DNA of 47,369 nucleotides, counting the filler, from Jimgerdemannia flammicorona (taxonomy: Eukaryota): the NCBI GenBank assembly GCA_003990765.1. It is 2 parts of 2 records of this genome, joined end to end, with 100 filler letters (N's around TTAATTAATTAA, not from the genome) between each part and the next. Parts side by side here need not be neighbours in the genome. Positions count along the whole stretch, not along the records: positions 1 to 23,636 come from RBNJ01001084.1; 1 more part is not named here. One strand, given 5' to 3'. Positions 1 to 11,559 of the stretch are shown in pieces. Numbering within the stretch: position 1 is the first letter of the stretch; every line of letters starts with the position of its first letter. The position numbers and the translations under genes were made by a program. A model generated the notes under the pieces. That model was given only the letters and a program-made list of their open reading frames with translations. It was not told the DNA's origin and did not search any database.

Positions 1-20
1 AAAAAAAAAAAAAAAAAAGA

Positions 21-537
21 AGCATCATAATCCAAGTCAAAAAGAGCCAGTGTTTGGAGAGTGCTTGGTAGATTCAAAAAGATACATCCCGATAGATGGG
101 GATTATACTCTTGGTCTCCCCATTCAGCAAGTTCAAGTACCTTGAGGTAGTGGCAATTATTGAACAGTGTGGCTAGAATATATAGATCAGTGTTCACAAG
201 ATGGGCCAATTACAGATTGGCCAGTAGGAGGAAGATATTGCAGATAACACTTCTGCTGAAATTAAATATATCTGGTAAATAGATTTCTTCACACAGAGTA
301 GCAAGATCTTCTCTGGTAAAAATGGTATACTGGTATAAAAGCAGTCTTGGAGTGAGGTCCCTGGGATCAATATTAAGTAGAGAGACTGCAGTAAAGCACT
401 GCTGTTGCTTCAGTATTGAAGCTGCGACAGACTAGGGTGCAGGCATGAAGGCTTGTTTGAAGCAACTGTGCACAGTCATCATAGGGCCAGAGAGCATCAT
501 GCAGATACCCAATACTGATGTAAAGGAGGTCATTCAT
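21..537 (-). pseudogene. F-box (plus LRR-like) protein pseudogene
   Basis: Manual translation from ATG 537: MNDLLYISIGYL...LHACTLVCRSFNTEATAVLY, typical of fungal F-box-like N-termini, then LRR-like LFNNCHYLKVLEL. Has in-frame stops and runs into the poly(A) at the window start. Confidence 0.6.
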
Positions 538-651
538 ACTTTGGGGGAATAATTAGCATATATTGAATGCTAGATATTTATATATTAATTGCATGACTAC
601 TATATATGCTGCAGATGACCTAGATAAAAGCAGGGCTGAAAACCCCTAAAG

Positions 652-945
652 AATGACAGTACAATAGACACCAAGTGTATCCCAAGATGCTGTCAGTGCT
701 CTATCAAATATACTGATCTAATATATGTCACCTATATATCATACTGTATGATTTCCTGGCTTGATTGCAGGCAATGCAAGTTGCGAGGTCAATGTGTTAA
801 CTGTGCCTAGTACACAGATTGCTGACAGTGTGCTAGCCAAATCTCAACAGATCCTAAATCACTCTGTACCAGTTGCAAGGGGATCTGGACAAAACACCAA
901 TATCTCATAGATACAATCTTTCAAATTCGCACTTATATATTCTAA
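652..945 (+). pseudogene. Small multi-CxxC (zinc-binding) protein remnant
   Basis: One frame reads KCIPRCCQC...DCRQCKLRGQCVNCA*YTDC*QCASQ...LCTSCKG. Five CxxC motifs; stops are explained by CAG>TAG and CGA>TGA. Confidence 0.45.
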
Positions 946-1042
946 ACACCCATATTATAGACAGGAAATCTTTTAACATATGACCTTATGTACTATATGA
1001 CTATGATAATAATATGATATACATCAATTTATGCAATGGTCT

Positions 1043-1969
1043 TTATTCTACAAGTATTTCTATAACACTGGCTGTTCTTATCACTGTTCTAGCTATATTA
1101 TATATTATTGCACCATATCTGGTCCTTATATATATATCTGCATCCAATTGGTTTACAAGAAGGGTTACCATATCTTCTATTACTTGCTCATCATATATTT
1201 TACAACCAGATGATCTAAAATGAAAATACCCAGTACTCCATGTTGCATAATGCAATGGTGTCTCTCTAAACAGCTTATCTACAATATCAACACATGCCTG
1301 AAATTCAACAACTAGCATTTTCACAAGCTGGAGATTTCCATGGTATACACAAATGTGCAATGCACTATGTCCTCCCATCTATATTCTTGCATTAATATTG
1401 ATGCCACTAAACTTTAACAGAGCACATACAGTGTCAATATGATCTCTCTTGCAGGCATAATACTGTACATTCTGACAATTTTGTCTGGATGCACTGGCAC
1501 ACAGCAAGGACACAACTTTTTGGTAACCATTGCATGCTGCTATCTGCAGTAGTGACTTCAGTGTAAAGTCTGGAGTTGCTAAGCTAGCCCCATATCTATA
1601 AAGAAGATGTACAGCATCATAGCATCCATGTTTTGCAGCTATATAGAGTGCTGACACAGCACTATATCCAATAGCATTGATATCAGCATTGAGCTCATAT
1701 ATGAGAATTATGATAATGTGAGTGGTGTTTATATATACAATTATGTGTAGTGGACTGTAGCATGTTATATTAGTTGAAGAGGACTGAATTAGATAGTCAC
1801 TGATGGTTTTCTCAGGAGAGAATCCCTGCACTTTTAACTATTCATACAGGATGATATCTCTTCCATTCTCATAAAAGATCAGTGGTGGAATGGTAATAGC
1901 CACATCATATTGTCTATTAGTATTATCTGAGGTGGGGTCAGTGGGGGCCTTTTGATAATATGGATTCAT
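1043..1969 (-). pseudogene. Ankyrin-repeat protein pseudogene
   Basis: ORFs 1379-1831 and 1043-1378 are in one frame split by a stop. Repeats include SPLHI, SALYIAAKHG, SLLQIAACNG, SALHICVYHGNLQLVKMLV and ETPLHYA. Confidence 0.85.
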
Positions 1970-2170
1970 TATCTTCACTGATAGTTACCTGCAAAGGGGA
2001 GAAGGCAATAGAAGAGCCAGTAGGTCAGACACAGACATGTTCTTTGATGATACCTAGTACAGAATGTACTGTATTTAAAGGTTCTCTGGCAATAAATTTG
2101 TGACCAGAAATAGATACTTCTGAATAACAATTAGCTAAATTACCAACAATTATACAAGTAATAGTAATAT

Positions 2171-2472
2171 ATAGTATATAGGAGCAAATGCATCTTTTGC
2201 TCAAAAATCTCCTAAGTGACTTCGAAATTTTTGGCCAGCTAATAGGGGCTCACCATAGCATATTCCTTTCTTTGAAAAAGGATATGCTAAATATGAATTT
2301 TATTAATTTAATAAAAATCAGGTGTACCTTTTGCCCAGCTATTGAGCTGTCATTTAGCATAACTCTTTTTATTGAAAGGGTTATACTAAATGTGATTTCA
2401 TTGGCCAGACAAAAAATTCAAAGTCACTTAGGAGGATTTTGAGCAAAAAGTGTATTTGCTCCTATATACTAT
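2171..2472. mobile_element. MITE (non-autonomous DNA transposon), about 300 bp with about 60-bp terminal inverted repeats
   Basis: Left end ATAGTATATAGGAGCAAATGCATCTTTTGCTCAAAAATCTCCTAAGTGACTTCGAAATTTTT matches the reverse complement of 2411-2472 with few mismatches. No coding capacity; TSD is not clean. Confidence 0.85.
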
Positions 2473-2608
2473 TAACTATACTAATACAAAGTAATTAGCC
2501 ATCAGCATTATTTTATCTCATACCTATATAAATTATATCCGCACATATATAAATAGCTCACTGCAATTTTCTTGATACTGTAGAAATATATCATATTATT
2601 GGAGTGCA

Positions 2609-4438
2609 ATGTCATCCTCTAGACCAAGATATCATCCATATACCAGTATTACTCCAAGGCAGCCAGTTATCAACCCACAGAACCACCTCCCAGGCCCCTT
2701 TTGAAAAAAAATCCAGGAGACAGTCTTAGTGAATGGGAAAGGTACCAAAGGCCAGCTTGGCCTAGGATCTGCCATTGAGTTTGCATACAATCTATGGGTT
2801 ATAGAGACACTGAATAGTATTGGTATTGTGGATATCAGCACTGGATATAACCATTCTGCAGCTATTGATATTGAAGACAGAGTATGTGTCTCTATTTTAG
2901 TCTCAAAATTGGTATTTTCTATATATTTTATTTTTACCCTAATATATACATCTCTATCTAGGTTTGGACATAGGGGTGCAATGCTAATGGTGCTTTTGAC
3001 CAGAATGGAGATAGATGGAAACCTGCTCTTATTGATATACTAAATGGTGTACGAGTGGCAGCAGTCAGTTGTAGATGGGGATTTACTCTTACCTTGAGTG
3101 ACTATGGATGTCTTTATGTCTGGAGATCTTTTTGTGACAAAGAAGATAAAGTGACCTACATCATAAATACCCCCCAGGACTCTCTCAATCCTGCATGTAA
3201 TCTGAGACCAGATGAATGATTTACTGTCATCACTACTGGTATTTCTCATACCATAGCCCTGACTACTGAGAGATGAGTGCTTATATTTGGACATAGTCTA
3301 CAGTATCAGCTGGGATGACGTCTGGTTGTACATCAGACTGGGGCTTGTCTTGCACTCACCTTTTTAGCACTTGATAGAATCAGATTAATTGCCAGTAGAT
3401 ACTTTCATTCATTTACTGTAGGCAAAGATGGTACCATTTATGCATGGAGCTACAATGACCATGAGCAGACAGGAATACCCAAAACCCCATCCAAAGCACT
3501 CCATCTAATATGAACCCCCACCAAGGTCAGTACAATCCAGAGCAGAATTAGTCAGATTGCTGTAGGAAAACTCCACACCTATATTCTATATGAGAATGGC
3601 ACTGTAGCAACATTTGGGAAGGCAATTGCACTGGATCTCCCATCAGTAAGATCTATTTCAACTGGGTGTGGATGCTCCTTAGCACTGTTTAGTGGAGGGG
3701 ATGTTTTTCAGCAGATTGGTGAATTACTCTGGACAAGCATAAAATGTACCACATCTACACTTGTAGTTGTCACCAGTGTTAAATTCAGTATGGTGTTATT
3801 AAAGTAGGTATTTGAAATGGCTGGAATTTGCTACATTTATTCTAGAGCAGTAACTAACATATATTTTTATCTGTAGAAATCCCAACTTGCCAAAGAAGCT
3901 ACTGGTTCTGGATCTCAATAGGGTGCTTCTCTGCAAGCATGCCCAGAAGTTCTATCTCTGGCCATATCTATATATATTTCTTGGATTTGTTCTTTCCCAC
4001 TTTGATGTCATAGTATGGTCTTCAGCACAACCTCACAATGTAGCCTGCATGATCAGTCTGTTTGGCAAGTACAAGGAAAGACTGACTACAGTATGGATAT
4101 GTGATATATTCAGTCTAATGGATAAGCAGTATCACTCTGATTTCATAATGATCAAGGATCTTTTTATGATATGGGAGGACAGCTCATTCAGTGGACAATA
4201 TCATCAGCACAATATAGTCCTGATAGATAATTCAAGAGATAAGGCTCAGCTGCAGCCAGGGAATGCTGTCCATCCAACCACCTTTGGTATTCAGGATATT
4301 GGGTCCACTGATGATGAAATTAGATGTCTGATAACATATTTGAAAGGATTGCGACAAGAGGATGATGTCAAAGCCTATATCATACAGAATCCCTTCCAGT
4401 CTTGCAATTGTGGTACCATCCCACCTGTTCACAAATAA
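2609..4438 (+). pseudogene. RCC1-repeat protein fused to a C-terminal FCP1/NIF-type HAD phosphatase domain
   Basis: RCC1 repeats: GKGTKGQLGLG, ISTGYNHSAAID, IYAWSYNDHEQTG, IAVGKLHTYIL. Introns at about 2882-2961 and 3804-3876 (GT..AG); the second joins in frame to KKLLVLDLN..., VIVWSSAQPHN, IKDL and NIVLIDNSRDK. Internal stops in the RCC1 part. Confidence 0.8.
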
Positions 4439-5464
4439 AATTCTTTTCTGATTTTGCAAAAGACCTTGAACCTTGAAGTAACACTATAGAAATATTTGAC
4501 AAATTTGATTATATAACAAATTATCTATATAAATACATGGATTTATTTTGAATGAATTATTTGTTAGATACAATGAGTATAAGACTGAGACTTCTGAGTA
4601 ATCAAAGAAAGTGAGGTGAGGCAAGACTAAGACCTCTGGATGATCAAAAAAGAGAAGAAGCAAGAAAATGGCAGCAAACATAGTCTGATATGATAGCTGC
4701 AAGAAGGATACAAGATGCCTTGGATCAAGATGCCAAGTTAATCAATAGAGAACAAGAGGAGCAAGATGGGATTCTGACTCTAAAAATGACCATTAATCAG
4801 ATAGATAATAATACCCTAAAGTGATTGATGGACACTACTGCTGACAAAGAAGCTGTACATATTTTGGAAGGTGTGGGTATTATCATACAAAATATAATCA
4901 TTTTAATTGAATATACCATATATAGTATCCCATTTGTCTCAAAATTTCTGAAGATCTGAAGGCTATAATATATTATGAATACATATTATATAATACTTAT
5001 TTTAGAGGTATGAGAACATAAGTATCTATTTGGTCTATTTTTCAGTATACTGATATATTATTGCTATCTGATAGACTACTCTGAGAAATCTAGAGAAAAT
5101 GAGCAGATTTAATGTCCCTATTACCAGTATATATTAATGTTTATTTTTAGTACCTTGTATAGTTGGCTATCTAATCTCATTTTTATATACAGGCAATTCA
5201 CTTCTTTATCAAATATTGTTCCAATCAACCTTATTTACAAATATCTCCAAAATGCTCCAAAATACATCTCCCTACCAGTAGTATCAGACTAGTTTGTCCA
5301 GTCTGCAGTGTGATATTGTAAGTATTTTCAAGAGTGCAAGATATCTAAATAAATGTTTTTTAAAAATGACATATAATAATGGTGACCAGAATATGATATG
5401 GCTTGTAATCTATATATAAGGCAACTTAAACAACTCCTTAACACTACCTTTTCTTCCTCCAATA

Positions 5465-6450
5465 ATGTCAAACAAGCTAATCTATACCCTGTCCTTTCTA
5501 GTAGCATTTGTCTGTGCACTAGCCCTGGCATTTGTCTCCTACCCACTACCCTCATATGTCTGCCACACACTCCCACCTATAGTGACAAACTATGTCTGCA
5601 GGACCCAGGTACCTATTAATATGACCACTCAGGTTTTCTCAAGCCTAGCTGATCTGGCCAAGCATTTTCCAAACTTTGGCCCTCTGGTGATTGACCTGTA
5701 TGAAATGCATACTGTTCTACAAAATACCAACATTTATATCAAACACTCCAACCTCCTTGCTAGCTGCAGGAATAATATCAACTTGCTAGTAAATTTGACT
5801 ATGCAGACATTTGATAAGATCATATCTGCAATAGAGATGCTTGATGTTTAGTTGCCATTCCTAGTCTACAAGTTCATACAGTATAACAATAGGCCGCAGA
5901 CTGCTCATGATATGACTGCAGCCTTCACACAAATGCTGTATAGTCTGATAGTCTAAATATACAAGCTTGCACAGAATGTACACCAACTAGCAACTAGGTG
6001 GGATATCCCTTTGGCATTATATATATATATCATGTTTTAGTTGGGTTTTTATTAGCTACTGATATTGTTTTTGGCAAATATAGATATAAATATCTCCAAG
6101 AACTGACCAGCAGTACACATGATATCTGTCAAGATCATCTGGACCCCCTGCGGCAATCTGCTCTATCATGGATTTGGGGCTGGATGATAGAATACAAAGA
6201 CAAATGGCTGGGCAATATGGATGACCAGCTCCTACAACATTTTGTCGATGAGCAGGATGTATGCTCTGAGCATTTGGGCCAGATGCAGACAGCAGTTGCC
6301 TATTTTCTGAATCTTTTACAGATGATCCAAGACAATGCTAGAAATGGACTGGTTACCATTATCAATGGAGATGAGTATGTGGCAGCTGTAAATGAGGCTG
6401 TTGAGAAGCTCATGCTTCTATATGCAAATAATATTTGGATCAACTTATGA
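5465..6450 (+). pseudogene. Uncharacterised N-terminally anchored or secreted helical protein with a WIWGW hydrophobic patch
   Basis: ORF 5465-5851 starts with a hydrophobic segment and continues through stops and a probable intron (about 5998-6083) into 5998-6450 (SALSWIWGW...YVAAVNEAVEKL). Confidence 0.5.
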
Positions 6451-7205
6451 GGCCATTGTTGTTTGTTGGAATTTTATAAATAGCTATTTGTTTGAAAAAT
6501 AAAAGATTGAATATGCGATCTGGCATTTCTCTACCATGCCCCTCAACCAACTTGTTGACTTGAAAGTGTATATTGAGTGCAGCCTTCTAGCATCAGAGTT
6601 AGGGAGACTGATCTAGAAGAAGCTTGTGCAGTATGAGGCTGTAGTGTCTGGTACAGACCATCTAGTAAATATACTATCATATGGGAGCCTTACAGTGATT
6701 CAAGTGTTCTGGTGATAATAGATAAGTTTGTAAATTTCTACAAGCATACCAAAAAGATGCAGGATTGTTTTCCAGAATGACACATCTGGTACATTGTACA
6801 AGGTCTGGGGATCCTCGACCAGCAGCTTGTTTAGCTGTAGATAGTATACCAATATCACATTGTTGAGACATACAATGCAGAGGAGACTGTGCAGTGGATT
6901 GTACAACTGTTGTGAGATATTGGTGCTGATGATGAGCATGCAGTAACTCCCAGAATTCACTCTGGTCTAGATGCTATAGATATATGGTGGCATATGTTGA
7001 GGCAGATATACAGTATGTCTGATACTATTGCAACTACTATAGTACAAGTATATCTGTGTATAATACACTCTCCAACCCACAAGAGCTGCTTGCATCCATC
7101 CATATTACCCTGGAGCACATGATTGACAGTGTGGTATCAATATGTATATATATCATTTTGGGGCACACTGAGCTGGACTTCAAAATAAACAGCTCATTGG
7201 CTACT

Positions 7206-8616
7206 ATGTTAGCTAGTATTTAGTGCTTGTATAATCAGAATCTCTCAAATATATATATCAGTGGATTGCATATACCCTGCACTCTGCATACTATATCTCA
7301 AGCATTCTATATAACTGTATGAGCATCAGAAGGATTCAAATCATTCATACAGAGTTTTCTTGATCTGATCAGACTATCTGATGGGAACTTATCCATATAC
7401 AGTAATAGTATGGACTCCCTGTTTATAGAGGTATTTACATGTCCATCATCTAAACCAGTTCTGGGGGATATGATAACAAATAAGGTGGGCATACCAATGT
7501 TCATTTTTTGTTGTGGACAAGTGGTGGAGTGAGTGTATTGAGATAGCCTTATATCTTCTACAGAATTTAGAGTAGGAGGGAGATGCATTACTAAATCTGG
7601 CAGCAACTTACTGGTTGAGCCAGCACTTCCCTGGTGAAGATGTTGGATGGCTGACAGTCAGGCAACAGTGCATGGTAGCTAATAAGTAGGGGCTGGAGAA
7701 TTTGGCCTCAAATCTTGATGTAGATGAGTGGGCTATAAGCAAGCCTAGTAGAGGGGGGAACAAATAGCTGGTGAATATTATGGAGAGTTTGATAAGGTGT
7801 GTACAGAATATAAATATTTGGTCTAGTATTTTGTACAATGAACCTCTGTATAACAGATCTGCTGTCTCTAGTGTAATAGATCACCTGTTTAGATAGTAAG
7901 CTGTGGATAGGTTCCTGTATAGTTGTTTTGATGGCCATGCTCAGGTCTGGTTCAATAGGTATCTCTCTGACAGCATCAAGGCAGAGATTGCAAACATATC
8001 ACTAGAGGATCTGAGCATATTATATACCAATGAGCTGGATGTATATCTATGGTGCCATTACCATGATGGTATGGGGAAGGGACTTGATATCACCTATACT
8101 CCAACAAAGGATAGATAGACAGCCTATGCAAGTATTACAATCAGAGATAAAAACCTAGTATGAGAGGCTAAGGGCCAGATAAGGAAGATGGCCAAGAATA
8201 GAGCATGTCAATGCTTGTTGCAGCTTATACAAAAACATGGTACTGGACTCAAGTCTAGACAACCACTCAAATACAAGAGAGCTGACTCACTGCCATCACT
8301 ACCAAGGTCATCACTGTATGGCTGTTTTACTATACTTCTATCAATGCAGGCAGTTGCCAGCCTTATACCAACTGCCAACTACAAAGGGGTACTGCAGACT
8401 CTGTACAGCTGTGGATTGGTAGTCGATAGTACAAAGTACAAGCATAATCAGACAGAGATACATCATACACCAGTCTTTACTGCAACATGTGTAATTGGTA
8501 ATATTGTTGGCAGTAGTACTGCCTCCAAAAAAAACAGATGCAGAACAGGCTGTAGTAAGGGACATACTAGAAATATTACTTGGAGCAAGATTGTAAAACT
8601 CTGTATATTTGGATAA
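7206..8616 (+). pseudogene. RNase III domain + two dsRNA-binding domains (class 1 / R3B2-like architecture)
   Basis: After an intron ending at 7563: NLE*EGDALLNLAATYWLSQHFPGEDVGWLTVRQQCMVANK (RNase III signature) and NK*LVNIMESLI. dsRBD1 ends AKGQIRKMAKNRACQCLL; dsRBD2 reads NYKGVLQTL...TPVFTATCVIG..GSSTASKK.AEQA. Missed by the ORF track because of stops. Confidence 0.8.
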
Positions 8617-8649
8617 TAAAAGATAAACATTACATAAAAGATCTAAAAG

Positions 8650-9590
8650 ATTACATAATAGTGGTTTATCCTTGGCTTGGGTCACTTTGCAAAAGTTTGA
8701 GCTATATTCAAAACTCTAACATCCATCTTGGCCAGAGATAGAGAGCATCTCAGATTGTCAAAGAGAAGCCATCTGTTCAGTTCTTGGCTATAGCCTCAAG
8801 AGTGTCCAATTCAGAGCTTAGGATGGTACCCCCTGTTTGAATGTTAAATTAGATTATTGATGATATTACAAGTGTATGTATATAAAGCCAGTTGTTGAAC
8901 ATATAAGCTATTTTCAGTTCTTGCAGCCATGAGAGCTGGGCAAGTCAAAGTAGCACACTCCCAGTAGGTTGTAATATGGTGGATATGTGTGTAGTGCATA
9001 GTGACACTACTGATAGAAAAATAAGATATCAAACCACAGATATACATATAGTATTTTATATGCTTCAAACAAGACATACCTCTAATATTAATACAGTAGA
9101 TACTGGGATTTCTGGCAATAAAATGTGAAAGGCCATCCAATACATAGGTATAAATATATTTGATTCTAGTAAGAACTCGAGATTTGATGCTAGTATTGCC
9201 TAGAAGTATCAAGAATGGTAGTGATAGATAGCCTCTGAAATCGATGGACTCTAGATATGGAATATTCAAAATAATAGTACAGGTATCACAGTATAGACTG
9301 CCCATCTCAGAGTGGTCCAGATTGGCCAGTGGAGGTGATGGAGATATATAGAGCCCAGTAATATCAACTACACCGAATTTGAAGAATCCTGGGTCAGTTC
9401 TTGCAAATCGTGCAAGCTGGGCTATTGGGTGATGTAATGTCAGATTCAACCCATCCCAAAGCAACAGTGATAGAGCATCTTCTCGCAGTAGTTTAATGCA
9501 AGTGCAGGATATGAGATTGCTGCTTGGAAGAGTGTTGAGAATCTGATATATGGTCTCAGGTGGCAGACTGGCTATTGGGCTGGATGTTTG
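8650..9590 (-). pseudogene. F-box/LRR family paralog A
   Basis: IASLPPETIYQILNTLPSSNLISCTCIKLLRED (F-box) leads in frame into ORF 8844-9464, which has LRR-like segments. Confidence 0.75.
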
Positions 9591-9779
9591 TATTAATATT
9601 TATTTCAAGGCTTCTTATACTGCCCAAAAATATGATTTAATGGAATTTTGCAGGTATTTGTTTATTAGTAATATCAAATCAATATATTCGCTCTGATGAC
9701 AATTGTCTTACTAATCATAGAACACAGGGCTCAGGGGTTTGACAGTGTAAACAGGTACTATTTGGGCTTTTCAGAGAGT

Positions 9780-10469
9780 GGGATATGATGTAGCTTCCTT
9801 TCTAACATTGGAAAATTCTTGCACATTTGTTTACTCCCAGTAATATTATCTGTAGATCCCACATCTCTGTACCCCCTGCTGATATCATATATATCATTGG
9901 ATACACCCATTGTTTATCTCAAATATACTCATACAAAATGATGTGCATTTGCCTTTTATATATTTTTACAGCATATCATGTTTGTGGTCTGGGCCTCATT
10001 GGATTTAGTAGTGGGGATACTGAAAACAGGAGCAAATAGGGGTTTATGAGGGGTGTGATGTCCAGCTTCACTGTCAGACATCTATAAGAATAGAAATAAT
10101 AGCCATTATAATTACCAGATTAGCATCAGAGCTAAGAGGAAGAAGAATTACTCATAACCTACCTCCTTCATTAAACTGCACTTGTATACCTTACCAGCCC
10201 ATGTCCCTTTAGCATTGACTGTACCAAATCTAAAGAAAACTGTGTCTGCCCTTGCCAGTCATGTGAGCTGGGCTACTTGGTGATGTGATGTCAGATCCAA
10301 TCCATCTTGGAGCAACAGTAATAGAGTATCTTCCTGCAGTAGTTTAATGCAGGCACAGGATACCAAATCACCACTTGGAAGAGTATCAAATATCTGATCT
10401 ATGATTTCGGGTGGCAGACTGGCAATTGTGCTGGTGATATTTTGGAGACTTCTGTCCTTTGCACACCAT
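9780..10469 (-). pseudogene. F-box family paralog B
   Basis: IASLPPEIIDQIFDTLPSGDLVSCACIKLLQED...LDLTSHHQVAQL..LARADTVFFRFG. Clear DNA similarity between 10215-10425 and 9365-9575. 3' limit uncertain. Confidence 0.75.
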
Positions 10470-10940
10470 TGGCCTTTATGACAAACATGCCAGTGCCCCA
10501 GCCTGCATCATTAACCCAAAACATCTGCCCCTAGTCTTACTAATTTATAGGACATAGGGGTGCCATTTTGTGCTTTTCTAATGGATCCTAGGGATACTGA
10601 GTTGTTTGGACCTCTAACTGCAAAGGGGTGCTGCAAACTCTGCATGATCACAGATTGGTGCAATCTTTGTAACTTGGCAGGATGGTACAGGCCATAGTCC
10701 TGTCTTTACTGGGGTGGAACAATTAAAGATGAATGCAGAGGCAACAGCCAAGATTGTACTGGAAATATACTTGATTGGATCCAGTGCTAATGTATCCTAT
10801 ACCCCTTTTTGTAAATCCTACCCCAACCATAAAATTTTGCAATATAAAGAAAATGGAGTTTTGTCTACTGCCCAAATTCTGATGTGGTTGGCTGCCTCAT
10901 TTCTGACCTACATTGTATTGCCTCATACCCCACTACATTG

Positions 10941-11290
10941 TGCTGAGTCTAATTCTCAGGCCAGGCCAGCCCACTCGGTGGACCAAGAAGCTCTTGACCA
11001 CCATCAACTCTGACTGGCTGGACCCAAGACCTGTCTGAGTTCCAGGCTGAGGATTGCTCCAGTCTAGGTGGACCACAGAAGTTCACCAGGCTGAAGTATG
11101 GCAAATCTATTCTCTACCTGGACTTTGGACCCTTCTCATCTCCACACATATGACTAGTCATTAGCTGAGTCCTTTGCTAAGTCCAACACCCTTGCCAAAG
11201 CTGGGTATAGACTCAGCATCTCAGGCTGGTCACCTGGCAGACCAAGATGCTCTTGCCCGCCTCCTCACGACCAGCTGGACCCAGTTCTAC
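10941..11290. repeat. GC-richer non-coding island with an 11-bp inverted repeat and a degenerate direct repeat
   Basis: TGCTGAGTCTA (10941-10951) and TAGACTCAGCA (11208-11218). CTCAGGC..GACCAAGA(A/T)GCTCTTG..GCTGGACCCA occurs at about 10955-11027 and 11220-11284. Confidence 0.5.
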
Positions 11291-11559
11291 CAGTCCAATG
11301 ATGCTGGGGCCATTGCATAAATATCAACATTTTATATATTATTTTTTAAAAAACATTCATATTGGATTTGAGAAGTTTCTACTACCGAATCCAGTATTAT
11401 TCCAAGAAAGTGGTGCAGCTCAACTATAAGTTATTTGAGCCCATGAAGGATTTATATCATTGACAGTAATAACCCTTCACATTCAGTTGGGAGATTAGTA
11501 ATAGATGATTATTATATGTTTCAGATCTATTATCAGGCATAATTCTCTCATCATCATTT

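Noticed and set aside
1..18. Leading poly(A)
   Set aside because: Could be a LINE tail interrupting the F-box gene, but there is no upstream sequence to test.
4560..4900. Lys/Glu-rich coding-like stretch with a short degenerate duplication
   Set aside because: Too fragmented to assign a frame or family.
6530..7125. Possible minus-strand gene remnant
   Set aside because: Probably another island pseudogene, but no motif supports a call.
7307..7938. Minus-strand ORFs 7307-7606, 7608-7838 and 7708-7938
   Set aside because: They overlap the + strand RNase III remnant, which has the real motifs.
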